From assembly GCA_963677495.2 (NCBI GenBank), contig CAXXOU010000004.1:864001-928000 (forward strand): 64,000 nucleotides of DNA, given 5' to 3'. The position numbers and the translations under genes are program-made. Positions 50,752-61,167 of this stretch are shown here, piece after piece. The number at the start of each line of letters is the position of its first letter. The first letter of the stretch is position 1. Source of the DNA: Candidatus Cloacimonadales bacterium. Its GTDB lineage: Bacteria > Cloacimonadota > Cloacimonadia > Cloacimonadales > JAFGVF01. The notes below the pieces were generated by a model. The model searched no databases, had not been told where the DNA came from, and saw only the letters and a list, made by a program, of their open reading frames with translations.

Positions 50752-52044
50752 TTGGCAGTAAGAATACACTCGATAGCTGAAGGTTCCCTGGCAGATAGAG
50801 CCGGAATAGTTGCAGGGAGTTTGGTTTTATCCCTGAATGGACATGTGATTCATAACTTCCTGGAGTTACAATACTATTCTGCTGAACAGATTTTAGCCTA
50901 CAAACTCAGACTACCAAATGGGGAAGAGGTAACAAAGCGAGTCTTTCAGGATTGGGTAACTGAACTCGGTATAACTCCTGCTGAACATCGCTGTCGCGAC
51001 TGTGCCAATAACTGTATTTTCTGTTTTATAGATCAGATGCCTACAGGTTTTAGACCTACACTCAATATCAAAGATGATGATTATACTTTCAGCTTTGTTT
51101 ATGGTAACTATGTCACTCTTACTAATATGAGTGAATATGACTTTAAGCAGATTGTTGAGATGCAATTGTCTCCACTTTATATCTCTGTACATACAACCAA
51201 CTCAGAACTTCGTAAGCGTATGATGCGTTACAAACAGGACTTCGATATTTTGGAGAAGCTACGTTACTTTACTGATCATGATATAATAATGGAAACACAG
51301 ATTGTTACGGTTCCAGGATGGAATGATGGTGAAGAGCTAAGAAAGACACTGAACGATCTTTGTAGTCCTGACTTAAACATTGAGTCTATCGGTGTTGTGC
51401 CTGTCGGACTTACGAAGTATAGGGATAATCTTGCTGACCTTAGACCTGTAAACAAAGCAGAAGCGATTGCTACTTTAGAGCTTTGCGATGAGATGCGTGA
51501 GAAGTATGATAAAGACAATATATATTGCTCTGATGAGTTCTATATAAAAGCTGAAATGCCAATTCCTGAAGAGGAATATTATAATGGTTATCCTCAGATA
51601 GAGAACGGTATTGGAATGATAAGGTTAATGCTTGAGAACTGGCAGATGAACAAACCTGAGAAAATGGAAGAACTTAAACCGGATGAGAGAAAGCTTCTCT
51701 TTGTAACTGCAGAGTTAGCGTATCCTTTTGTAAAACAGATAGTCGATGATATTAACGAAGAGTGCAAGAATGCTGTTAGGATAGTGGCAGTGAAGAATGA
51801 GTTCTTTGGAGATACAGTAACAGTTGCAGGTTTGCTCACAGCTAATGATGTTTTAACTCAAATTGAATTGACAGATGGGGAGATACCTGTTCTTCCTGCA
51901 ACAATGTTCTCTGCCGATGCGTTAACTATTGATAATAAGCGCAAAGAGGACTTTGAAGAGTACTGGAAAAGAGAAGTTATAGTTCTTGATTCATTACTCG
52001 AAATAGAAAACTACGATGAAGGAATAGAATGCTGTGAAGTATGA
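50752..52044 (+). CDS. DUF512 radical-SAM-like protein with N-terminal PDZ-like domain
   Basis: CANNCIFCFIDQMP, KDDDY..SF..GNYVTLTN, SPLYISVH, VVPVGLTKYR, QIENGIG. Confidence 0.88.
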   Translation: MAVRIHSIAEGSLADRAGIVAGSLVLSLNGHVIHNFLELQYYSAEQILAYKLRLPNGEEVTKRVFQDWVTELGITPAEHRCRDCANNCIFCFIDQMPTGFRPTLNIKDDDYTFSFVYGNYVTLTNMSEYDFKQIVEMQLSPLYISVHTTNSELRKRMMRYKQDFDILEKLRYFTDHDIIMETQIVTVPGWNDGEELRKTLNDLCSPDLNIESIGVVPVGLTKYRDNLADLRPVNKAEAIATLELCDEMREKYDKDNIYCSDEFYIKAEMPIPEEEYYNGYPQIENGIGMIRLMLENWQMNKPEKMEELKPDERKLLFVTAELAYPFVKQIVDDINEECKNAVRIVAVKNEFFGDTVTVAGLLTANDVLTQIELTDGEIPVLPATMFSADALTIDNKRKEDFEEYWKREVIVLDSLLEIENYDEGIECCEV

Positions 52045-52720
52045 TTTAATACTGTTTGATTTAGACAATACATTGCTTAACTATAAACAAGCTGAGATTG
52101 AAGCCATCGAAGATATGCGTCAATGGCTTGGGGTTGATGTTGAACCCTCTGTTTTCCACAAAACATATAAGAAACTTAATGCACAACTGTGGACTGACTT
52201 TGAGAATGGTTTAGTAGAACTTAAAGTTTTAAAGAGTAAACGCTTTCAGGATATGGCAGAACACTTCAATTATGAGTGTGGCCCGGATGAGTGTGGCATA
52301 AAGTATCAAAAGTTCCTTTCTATGAAAGCATTCCCTGTTGATGGAATGTATGATTTACTTGATAAGCTTCACGGGAAAGCTAAGCTTGCGATCGTGAGTA
52401 ATGGACTTGCAAGAGTTCAGTACAACAGAATCAGTCTTGCAAAGCTTGACAAATACTTCCCACATGTATTCCTCTCGGAAGAACTTGAAGCGATGAAACC
52501 TGAAAGGGATTATTTCGAGAAGGTTTTTAAGGCGTTAGATTGGGATGACTATAGTAAGGCTATCATAATTGGAGATAACATGAATTCTGATATCAAAGGT
52601 GGTGTGAACTTCGGTATTGACACATGCTGGGTGAACCTGTTTGATAATGAGAATGATAGTGGGATTGAACCACACTATCATGTTAAGCATTTATCTGAGT
52701 TGGAAGAGATATTGATATAA
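52034..52720 (+). CDS. YjjG-family HAD nucleotidase
   Basis: LFDLDNTL, SNG, KP, IGDNMNSDIKG. Confidence 0.88.
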   Translation: MKYDLILFDLDNTLLNYKQAEIEAIEDMRQWLGVDVEPSVFHKTYKKLNAQLWTDFENGLVELKVLKSKRFQDMAEHFNYECGPDECGIKYQKFLSMKAFPVDGMYDLLDKLHGKAKLAIVSNGLARVQYNRISLAKLDKYFPHVFLSEELEAMKPERDYFEKVFKALDWDDYSKAIIIGDNMNSDIKGGVNFGIDTCWVNLFDNENDSGIEPHYHVKHLSELEEILI

Positions 52721-52733
52721 AGGAGATAGTGAT

Positions 52734-52907
52734 ATGAGTAAAATCAGAAAATGGGCTTGGCTTGTAATCTCAATACTTCTTTTGGTTGGAAGCTATTTTC
52801 AGTTTACATCAGGGAATAGTAAGCTAGCATTAAGCTATATTGTCCTTGGTATTGGAGCACTTGTATTTACTATTATTCAGTTTATAAGAGATAGGAGGGA
52901 TAGATGA
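52734..52907 (+). CDS. 57-aa two-TM membrane protein (not in ORF track)
   Basis: AGGAG RBS, MSKIRKWAWLVISILLLVGSYFQF...LALSYIVLGIGALVFTIIQFIRDRRDR; stop overlaps phnD start (ATGA). Confidence 0.7.
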   Translation: MSKIRKWAWLVISILLLVGSYFQFTSGNSKLALSYIVLGIGALVFTIIQFIRDRRDR

Positions 52908-53806
52908 AAAGAATAAATATTTTTATGTTATTGTTTGCAGTTCTTATTCTTGCCGGTTGCGGTGAGAAAGCAGAATTAGGAACAAAAAAGAATCCTGTTA
53001 AGATGTACTTTGTACCATCAATGGAAGCTAGTACTATTGTCACAAGTGGTGAGGCAATTGCTGAGTATCTTGAAGAAACTACAGGTTATGAGTTTGAGAT
53101 AAAGGTACCAACAAGCTATGCATCAGTTATTGAAGCTATGGGTACAGAGCAAGCAGATATTGGTTGGCTTGCTACTTTTGGATATATCTTAGCTAATGAG
53201 AAGTACGATGCTGAAGTGGCTATGACGACTGTAAGAAACGGCCTTAAATCATATCGTGGTGAGTTTATTGCAAAAGCTGATTCAGGGATTGATACGATTG
53301 AAGATATTGCAGGTAAAACTATTGGTTATACAGATGCTGCTTCTACTTCCGGTTATATCTATCCATCAGCTATCCTTAAAATGAAAGGTATTGAACCGGG
53401 ACACAAAAGATTCTTAGGAAGTCATCCTGCAGCTGTGCTTGCTGTTTATCAGGGAAATGTAGATGTTGGTTGTACATTCTGGTCTCCGGCAAACAAAGAG
53501 GGTGTTCCAATGGATGCAAGACAGAAGTTAATGGAAACATATCCTGATATCTTTGAAAAGGTTAAGATTGTAGATTTTACTGATTGGATTCCTAACGATA
53601 CTGTTACATTCAGAAAGAACTTCCCTGCTGATATGAGAGAGAAGATTGTTACTGCTCTTGAAAAGGGTTTTGAGAATCCAAAGATTAAGCAGATGCTCTT
53701 TGACCTTTACCAGATTGATGGACTTGAAAGAGCAACAGGCGCTGATTATGATATTGTAAGAAAAACTCTTGAAGCGCTTGGTATGAGTGCTGCTGATAGG
53801 ATGTAA
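52904..53806 (+). CDS. phnD: Phosphate/phosphite/phosphonate ABC substrate-binding lipoprotein
   Basis: Lipobox LAGC, SYASVIEAM, STSGYIYP, GSH, IPND. Confidence 0.85.
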   Translation: MKRINIFMLLFAVLILAGCGEKAELGTKKNPVKMYFVPSMEASTIVTSGEAIAEYLEETTGYEFEIKVPTSYASVIEAMGTEQADIGWLATFGYILANEKYDAEVAMTTVRNGLKSYRGEFIAKADSGIDTIEDIAGKTIGYTDAASTSGYIYPSAILKMKGIEPGHKRFLGSHPAAVLAVYQGNVDVGCTFWSPANKEGVPMDARQKLMETYPDIFEKVKIVDFTDWIPNDTVTFRKNFPADMREKIVTALEKGFENPKIKQMLFDLYQIDGLERATGADYDIVRKTLEALGMSAADRM

Positions 53807-54562
53807 ATGGCTGATATAATCAAGATAAAAGATTTAAACAAGTATTACGATAAAGATACTCATGCTCTGAAAGATATCGACTTAGATATAAAAGAGGGTG
53901 AGTTTGCAATTTTGCTTGGGCTGTCTGGCTCAGGTAAATCTACTTTACTACGTTGCTTAAATAGGTTAATCGAACCAACTTCCGGAACAATAACGTTCAA
54001 GGGAATTGATGTTACTAATCTTTCGAACAGGGAGTTACCTGCTGTAAGAAGCAGAATAGGTATGATTTTCCAACAGTTCAATCTAATCAAGAACCTGTCT
54101 GTTCTAACTAATGTGCTAACAGGTAGACTTGGTCAACACTCTCTCTTCCAACCTTGGACTAAATCTGAGAAGGAGATGGCACTGCGGAATCTTGAACGTG
54201 TTGGACTTGCAGACTTTGCAAAACGCAAAGTGAAGAATCTTAGTGGTGGACAACAGCAGAGAGTAGCTATTGCAAGAGCACTTATGCAGACTCCCGATAT
54301 TATTCTTGCAGATGAGCCAGTTGCATCTCTTGATCCTGCTACTGCTGATTCAGTGATGCACTATTTAGGTGAATTGAATAAGAATGACGGCATAACAGTT
54401 GTTTGCTCTTTGCATTTCTTGAGTTTAGCTCGAAAATACGGTAGTCGTGTAATAGCTCTCAAAGATGGACGCAAAGTCTTTGAAGGTAGTCCCGAAGAGA
54501 TAGACGAAGCTCGTTTCCAATCCATTTATGGGGAAGAGGCGCAGGAGATTACGATTAGGTAA
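53807..54562 (+). CDS. phnC: Phosphonate ABC ATP-binding protein
   Basis: GLSGSGKST, NVLTGRLG, LSGGQQQR, ADEPVASLDP. Confidence 0.9.
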   Translation: MADIIKIKDLNKYYDKDTHALKDIDLDIKEGEFAILLGLSGSGKSTLLRCLNRLIEPTSGTITFKGIDVTNLSNRELPAVRSRIGMIFQQFNLIKNLSVLTNVLTGRLGQHSLFQPWTKSEKEMALRNLERVGLADFAKRKVKNLSGGQQQRVAIARALMQTPDIILADEPVASLDPATADSVMHYLGELNKNDGITVVCSLHFLSLARKYGSRVIALKDGRKVFEGSPEEIDEARFQSIYGEEAQEITIR

Positions 54563-54567
54563 CGCTT

Positions 54568-55587
54568 ATGAAGAATAAAACACTCAATTATCTTAAAGCC
54601 CTTGGAACTGATTTACTGCTGTTCTCATACATGTTTGGTTGCATTGCATATATTGTCAATTACTACACAGAATCTGCTCTAACTAGCTACTTAGAAAGCA
54701 AAGGTTTAAATGTTTTACTATTTGTAGTAGTCTTGACTGTGCTGAAGACTTTTACCTTACTACCTATGCGTCGTTCCTTAGGTTATAGAATCTTTATTAG
54801 AGATGACTCAGAAGGTAAAGGTGGCTACTGGACCTATGTGTTACCACTAATAATAATCACGTTCTTTACAGGTTGGCTTGTTGTAGAAATCAATCCGGTT
54901 GAGTTCTTTACCCAATTTAGAAACTCTAAGAATATTTTATCCGGATTATTCAATCCCAACTTCACTAAGCTGACTCCTTTGCTTACTTCATTGGCAGAAA
55001 CAGTGTTCTTAGCATTTATGGCTACTGTTTTAGCAATACCTACTGCGTTCATTCTTAGTTTCTTTGCAGCTCGTAATCTTATGAACGGGAATGCTATTAG
55101 TGTTTCTGTTTACTTTGTGATTCGAACAATTGCTACTATCTTCCGTTCAATTGAAGCGATTGTATGGGCAATTATCTTCTCTGTTTGGGTGGGTATTGGT
55201 CCCTTTGCCGGTATGCTTGCTTTGACAACACATTCTGTTGCTGCACTTGTTAAGCTTTACTCAGAACAGATTGAGAACATCGATTGGGGACAAGTTGAGG
55301 CTATCAAAGCAACAGGTGCATCAACACTCCAGGTATGGATTTATGCAGTCATACCACAGATTATTTCACCATATCTGGCATTCACTATATATCGATGGGA
55401 TATAAACGTACGAATGGCTACAATCGTTGGTTTTGTAGGTGGTGGTGGTATTGGGCTTGCGCTTATGCAGGAACAACAGATGCTAGCCTGGCGAAATGTT
55501 GGTCTGATTATGTGGCTTATTGCTATTGTTGTCTGGATTATGGATATGGTCAGTGCGAAAGTTAGAGCAAAGTTATTGGATAGTTAG
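54568..55587 (+). CDS. phnE: Phosphonate ABC permease with extra N-terminal TMs
   Basis: GIGPFAGMLAL, KLYSEQIE, EAIKATGA, YRWDINVR, VGGGGIG. Confidence 0.9.
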   Translation: MKNKTLNYLKALGTDLLLFSYMFGCIAYIVNYYTESALTSYLESKGLNVLLFVVVLTVLKTFTLLPMRRSLGYRIFIRDDSEGKGGYWTYVLPLIIITFFTGWLVVEINPVEFFTQFRNSKNILSGLFNPNFTKLTPLLTSLAETVFLAFMATVLAIPTAFILSFFAARNLMNGNAISVSVYFVIRTIATIFRSIEAIVWAIIFSVWVGIGPFAGMLALTTHSVAALVKLYSEQIENIDWGQVEAIKATGASTLQVWIYAVIPQIISPYLAFTIYRWDINVRMATIVGFVGGGGIGLALMQEQQMLAWRNVGLIMWLIAIVVWIMDMVSAKVRAKLLDS

Positions 55588-55749
55588 ATAAGAACCTTTT
55601 GAAAGTTAAATACTCACTTGGATTATACCATAAACTCAATTATCTGTAGTAGTTATAGTTGACACTGTAACTATTTTTTTATTGTTAAATAGTTAGGGTT
55701 GAAATATCTTGTCTAAAATTAATGAGAAATACTACTTAGAGGAGAGAAG

Positions 55750-58700
55750 ATGAGGAACCGCTTACTTATCTTTGTACTTCTAGTACTGACTATAAGTCTA
55801 CTCAGTGCACAGGAATACAAAGTATCTTTCGAGAGTTTAGAACTCAAAGGCGTTAGCTATGATAACCGTTTACCAATGATTTACAATCCGGGTAATCCAT
55901 GTCTACCTTATAAAACTATCCGTTTACTTGTTCCACAAGATATGATGCTTAGTGATATTGAAGTTATTGAGTCAGGTATCGAAGTTAAAGAGAATATGGA
56001 AATTGATTTTGTTCGTGAACAGAAAACGATTAGTGACAAATCAGCTGACACAACTAAGAAAAATTTTGAAGTTTACAATCGCAATTCTTTTTATCCTGAA
56101 AACTCATTCAAGATACTTTCTACTCAGATGATGAACGGCTACAAGGTTCAAACAATTGCTCTCTATCCTTATAGATATAATCCTGTGACAAAGCAGTTAT
56201 CCGAAACTGCATTTGCTACAGTGATTCCAACATTTGTTGAAAGTAGAGTAGATAGAGATACACGTATGCTTAATCTTTCATCTGAACTTCAAGATAAGAT
56301 TAAGAGCTTAGTTATTAATTCTGAGGTATTAAGCTCATATACAAAAGATGCACAATCCGAAAGTAGAAATATTCCCAGCGCATCCGATCCATATGAAATG
56401 GTTATTGTTACAGGTTCTGAACAGTCAGCCTGGTTTGAACAATATGCTACATGGAAAGAATCAAAGGGCATAGCAACAACTATTGTTTCAATCCAGGAGA
56501 TTTATGCAAATTATACAGGTGTTGATCATGCCGATATGCTTAGAAACTACATCATAGATGCTTATCAAACTTATAGTGGGACTTCTACTCCTCTTAAATA
56601 TATCCTGCTAGGTGGTGATGATGAGATAATTCCTATTCGTGGTGTCTACGGTATTGTTGGTGACACACAAGATTACAACATGCCCTCAGACCTTTATTAT
56701 GCATGCCTTGATGGAAACTGGGATGATAATATGAACATGGTTTTCGGTGAACCTGATGATAATGTTGACTACTATCCTGAAGTGTATGTTGGTAGAATCC
56801 CTGCTGAAACTGAAGTTGAGTTTAACAACTTTTTCAATAAAGCCTATCATTATGTAGATACTACTAGCTATAGCAATAATAAAGCTGCAATGTTAGGTGA
56901 GAATCTAAATATGAACCCTGTAACTTGGGGTGGAGATTATAAAGATGAGATAATGGTGAAGATGCCTGATACTTTCCATATTGAAACGCACTACGAGCGT
57001 GACGATACTTTCTCACGTGAGATTGTAATGGAAACTATCAATAATGGTGTGAATATCATCAATCATATGGGACATGCAAATCAGAGTTTCCTCATGGGTA
57101 TGGTAACTTCCAATATCTCCAGTTTAACAAATACGGAATATGGATTTGTTTTCAGCCAGGGTTGTTACCCGGCTGCTTTCGATGAAGCTACAAGTTTAGC
57201 TAGTGAATCTATTGCTGAGAACTTAATCTTTAGACCAGCAGGTTTAATGGCTTTTATCGGTAACACCCGTTACGGATGGTACTATCCAGGATCAACTGAT
57301 GGTGCATCTCAGTTCTACGACCGTTCTTTCTTCGATGGACTTTATGAAGAAAATATAAGAGAGCTTGGTGAAGCTCATATGTATTGCCTGTTAGATAATG
57401 TTGATGCAATTACAGAAAACTCTGTTATGCGCTGGTGCTATATGGAATTGATTCTTTTTGGAGATCCATCTATAGAGCTTAAAGATCCTGTAAATAACAT
57501 GCCAAATCTTGAACTTGTTGATGTCGAGTATTCTGATGAACTCGGTGATAATGATGGCAATATAAATCCTGGTGAAACTATTAGTATTACTCCTACAATT
57601 CATAATATTGAGGGATGGGATACAGCAGAACAAGTTACTCTCCAACTTATCAATGTTGAAGAACCTGTTACAGTAACTCAAGGTACAATCAATGTGGGGC
57701 AAGTTCCTGCAAATGGGACTGTCAACTCTGGAGATAGTTTCGAAATCACAATTCCTTATGATGTTGAACTTAAAGAATATGATGTTATAATCAATATTAG
57801 TGCGACCATCAATGGGGAAGAGGTATTTAGTCGTGACTTCCATAGCATGTTCACTGTAAATCTTATCAATGGTGATTTCCCTTGGACAACAAGTATTCTA
57901 AGTAAGTCATCTCCAGTTGTAATAGACTATGATAATAATGGTACAAACGAGATTCTCTATGCTGATAATTTTGGTGGTATCACTATACTAAACGACTCAG
58001 GTGAACAGATTGATTCTCTTAGTGTTATCCGTACTGAAAATATTATGTCCAGCTTTGCAGTTGGTGACCTTGATAACGATAATTATCAAGATTATGTATT
58101 TGCTAGCAGAGATGGTAACATCTATGCGTTGGACTATCAAGGTAATTATATTTATGATTACACTGAAGGTGGAATGTTCATCAAGAATCCTGTTGTTGCT
58201 GACCTTAATAACAACGGTACCCTTGAAACTATTGCCATGGATCTTCAGTATAAGTTATATGTTCTGGATAACCAGGGAGCTCCACTTTCTGGATTCCCTA
58301 AAACAGTTGATTATGGTGCTGGATGTGCTCCGGCTATTGCTGATTTAAACGAAAACGGCAATAGAGAGATCATAGTTGGTGGTTCAACCGGTATGCTGTA
58401 TGCATATGATTACCTTGGAAATGTATTAGAAGGTTTCCCGGTTGATTTAGGTTCACCTATTTTCAGTAATCCAACTGTCATTGATAACAATTCAATTGCA
58501 GTTGCTACTACAACTGACCTATTCATAGTTTCAGCAAATGGTGAGATTGAGCATTCAATGTCTCTCCCTTGCACAATTGCTAACAGTGTAATAGCTGTTG
58601 ATTTCTTCCCTTCACTCGAAGGTGTTGAAATCTCATTCGTAACATCAAATGGTGCAATCTATCTTGTAGATAGAGAACTTAACGTGCTTGATGGCTTCCC

Positions 58701-59346
58701 AGTGGAAACAGGTCATCTGTATGCTTGGCCACCTCTCGCAGGTGATATTGATAGTAATGGAACAATTGACCTTGTTGTAGTATCTCAATCTACTAGCATG
58801 TATGTTTTGAATCGTGATGGATCTTCATTTGTTGGCTTCCCATATAACCTTCGTTACAATGGTCATATCGCTTCACAGCTTGTAGATCTTGATAATGACA
58901 ATGATTTGGATATCGTATGCGGAGTTGATTTAGGAATAATGGTTGTTGATACTAAAAGACCTGTTTCAGGTCATTTAAACTGGATGACTTTCAGAGCTGA
59001 TCTACAAAGAACAGGTAACTATAACTACCTTCAATATGTGGATAATGATGAACAGAATCAGGTTGCTGTACAAACCAAGTTATTAGGTAACTATCCTAAT
59101 CCTTTCAATCCAACAACAACTATTGAGTTTGCACTTAAAAAGAAAGGCGCTGTGACTTTGTCTGTATACAATATTAAAGGTCAGAAAGTGAATACACTTG
59201 TTAACGAAGAGTATAGAGCAGGAACACACAGTATTGTTTGGGATGGCTCTGATGCAGATGACAACACAGTTGCAAGCGGAATATACTTCTATAAGCTTCA
59301 GGCAGGTTCATATACAAAGACACGTAAAATGATTCTGATGAAGTAA
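55750..59346 (+). CDS. Secreted peptidase C25 protein with FG-GAP repeats and C-terminal FlgD-Ig/T9SS-type sorting domain
   Basis: YILLGGD, SDLYY, EVYVGRIP, NHMGHAN, SQGCY, LFGDP; DLDND-type repeats; NYPNPFNP...TRKMILMK. Confidence 0.85.
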   Translation: MRNRLLIFVLLVLTISLLSAQEYKVSFESLELKGVSYDNRLPMIYNPGNPCLPYKTIRLLVPQDMMLSDIEVIESGIEVKENMEIDFVREQKTISDKSADTTKKNFEVYNRNSFYPENSFKILSTQMMNGYKVQTIALYPYRYNPVTKQLSETAFATVIPTFVESRVDRDTRMLNLSSELQDKIKSLVINSEVLSSYTKDAQSESRNIPSASDPYEMVIVTGSEQSAWFEQYATWKESKGIATTIVSIQEIYANYTGVDHADMLRNYIIDAYQTYSGTSTPLKYILLGGDDEIIPIRGVYGIVGDTQDYNMPSDLYYACLDGNWDDNMNMVFGEPDDNVDYYPEVYVGRIPAETEVEFNNFFNKAYHYVDTTSYSNNKAAMLGENLNMNPVTWGGDYKDEIMVKMPDTFHIETHYERDDTFSREIVMETINNGVNIINHMGHANQSFLMGMVTSNISSLTNTEYGFVFSQGCYPAAFDEATSLASESIAENLIFRPAGLMAFIGNTRYGWYYPGSTDGASQFYDRSFFDGLYEENIRELGEAHMYCLLDNVDAITENSVMRWCYMELILFGDPSIELKDPVNNMPNLELVDVEYSDELGDNDGNINPGETISITPTIHNIEGWDTAEQVTLQLINVEEPVTVTQGTINVGQVPANGTVNSGDSFEITIPYDVELKEYDVIINISATINGEEVFSRDFHSMFTVNLINGDFPWTTSILSKSSPVVIDYDNNGTNEILYADNFGGITILNDSGEQIDSLSVIRTENIMSSFAVGDLDNDNYQDYVFASRDGNIYALDYQGNYIYDYTEGGMFIKNPVVADLNNNGTLETIAMDLQYKLYVLDNQGAPLSGFPKTVDYGAGCAPAIADLNENGNREIIVGGSTGMLYAYDYLGNVLEGFPVDLGSPIFSNPTVIDNNSIAVATTTDLFIVSANGEIEHSMSLPCTIANSVIAVDFFPSLEGVEISFVTSNGAIYLVDRELNVLDGFPVETGHLYAWPPLAGDIDSNGTIDLVVVSQSTSMYVLNRDGSSFVGFPYNLRYNGHIASQLVDLDNDNDLDIVCGVDLGIMVVDTKRPVSGHLNWMTFRADLQRTGNYNYLQYVDNDEQNQVAVQTKLLGNYPNPFNPTTTIEFALKKKGAVTLSVYNIKGQKVNTLVNEEYRAGTHSIVWDGSDADDNTVASGIYFYKLQAGSYTKTRKMILMK

Positions 59347-59368
59347 ACAACAGATTTGCAAAATATAA

Positions 59369-59400
59369 GAAAAGACCGGATTATCCGGTCTTTTCGTTTT
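59369..59400. terminator. Bidirectional terminator
   Basis: GAAAAGACCGGA-tta-TCCGGTCTTTTC between convergent genes. Confidence 0.85.
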
Positions 59401-59422
59401 ATATGTTTAAATATTATCTCGA

Positions 59423-60364
59423 CTAGCTTTCAGCTAAAGCTTTTTGTCCTTCAACTTGAGTTATAAGCTTATTAATCATTCCATGTCTGATTCCACAATC
59501 ATGTACAATGATCTGTTCTTGCTGAGCAACTTCCATGATTGCTTTTACAATAAGCGTTCCCGCTAGAATAATATCAGCACGTTTAGGATGCAAACCTTGG
59601 ATCTGTTTCCTTTCTTCAAGAGTGATATTTGCAAAACATTTAACCATATTATTGATATCACCTTTAGTTAGTTTCAGACCGTCGATCCATTGGGCATCAT
59701 ACTTATCAAGTCCCATCTTAACAGCAGCCAGTGTAGTAACTGTACCACCAATAGCAAGCATTTTACTAATCACTTTCTGAGCGAAGTGTTTTTGTAGAAT
59801 TGTCTGTAGATATGCAGATACAGACTTAACTTCCTCTTCAGTTGGAGGATCGGATTTAATAAACTTATCCTGCATGATTAAAGCACCAACCGGAAGGCTG
59901 ATTTGTTTGATTATCTCATGATGTTGACTAATAGTAAATTCAGTAGAACCACCACCAATATCAAAAACCATATAGTTGGTTTCAGGTTCGTCTAGTTTGA
60001 TCTTTACTGCTTCAAAGGCAAGTTGAGCCTCATCTTCACGGGAGATTATGTTGATGGATATATTGAGCTCTTTCTTAACTAACTTAAGGAAGTCTTCAGC
60101 ATTCTCAGCTCTTCTGAGTACAGCTGTTGAAAAGACTTCAAATTTGTCGACCTTCTCTTGTCTCGCAAGTTCAGCAAATCTAGCTATTGCATGTAGATTA
60201 CGTTCCATTACTGAAAAAGGGATTGCACCGCTTTCGTGGAGGCTTTCACCAAGTCTGCTTACATCTAGCTCATCTTTGATTATCTCAATTCTGCCCTCAT
60301 CATGCTCAGCTAACAAGAACTTCATGGAATTAGTTCCAATATCCAGAACTGCATATCTTGTCAT
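59423..60364 (-). CDS. Ppx/GppA family phosphatase
   Basis: AVLDIGTNS, RLGE, EA.L, DIGGGSTE, RADIILAG, GIRHG. Confidence 0.92.
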   Translation of the reverse strand: MTRYAVLDIGTNSMKFLLAEHDEGRIEIIKDELDVSRLGESLHESGAIPFSVMERNLHAIARFAELARQEKVDKFEVFSTAVLRRAENAEDFLKLVKKELNISINIISREDEAQLAFEAVKIKLDEPETNYMVFDIGGGSTEFTISQHHEIIKQISLPVGALIMQDKFIKSDPPTEEEVKSVSAYLQTILQKHFAQKVISKMLAIGGTVTTLAAVKMGLDKYDAQWIDGLKLTKGDINNMVKCFANITLEERKQIQGLHPKRADIILAGTLIVKAIMEVAQQEQIIVHDCGIRHGMINKLITQVEGQKALAES

Positions 60365-60426
60365 TAGTATCTCCGTGTGTTGTAGTTCAATTATCGTAAT
60401 AATTGCTAAAAATGAATATATGTCAA

Positions 60427-61167
60427 TTAATAAATTTTATCTACACTACCTGAATAGAAAGGCTGAATCATTCCCTGTTCGAGCTCTAATAATAACGCTC
60501 CCTTACTATTAATTCCCTGAACTTTACCTTTAAATTTATCAAATTCAGTCGATAAAACTATCTCTTTCCCGGTTAGATATGACTGATATCGATAATATTC
60601 TAAGTACTCTTTGAGTCTATTCTCAATGAATTCCGGAAGTTCTTCCGCATATAACTCAAAAAGTTTTTCTAAGAAGAGATCATGGTCTATGTCAGTATCT
60701 AAAGCAATAGAAAGACTAGTGGCAATATCTTGCAATTCTTCAGGAAACTCATGCACATTAGAATCAATCCCAATCCCTACCAGAAAGTAGTTCTTATGCC
60801 CAAGATGTGAAGTTAGAATACCACAAACTTTTCTATTATCAATATATATATCATTTGGCCACTTTATCTTCACTGAGCCTTCTAATTCAGGGAACAAATC
60901 CACTATTGTTTTATGGATGATAACACCTGTGAATAATGTTAGTGAGCTGTCTAAAGGTAAACCGTATAATGCCATAGTAAACCAGAGACCTCCATCAGGA
61001 GAGAACCATTTATTCTTTATACGTCCTTTTCCACCGGTCTGCTCATTCACGACAACAAGGAAGTTACCTTTCACATCCCCGTTTTGTATCATCTTCTGGG
61101 CAGTACTCATTGAACTTGGTACTTTGTTGTATGAGTAAACTTCATCAAATAAGTATTGATTAATCAT
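60427..61167 (-). CDS. birA: Biotin-protein ligase (no HTH domain)
   Basis: QTGGKGR...W.SP.GGL, IKWPND, KVCGIL, GIG. Confidence 0.9.
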   Translation of the reverse strand: MINQYLFDEVYSYNKVPSSMSTAQKMIQNGDVKGNFLVVVNEQTGGKGRIKNKWFSPDGGLWFTMALYGLPLDSSLTLFTGVIIHKTIVDLFPELEGSVKIKWPNDIYIDNRKVCGILTSHLGHKNYFLVGIGIDSNVHEFPEELQDIATSLSIALDTDIDHDLFLEKLFELYAEELPEFIENRLKEYLEYYRYQSYLTGKEIVLSTEFDKFKGKVQGINSKGALLLELEQGMIQPFYSGSVDKIY

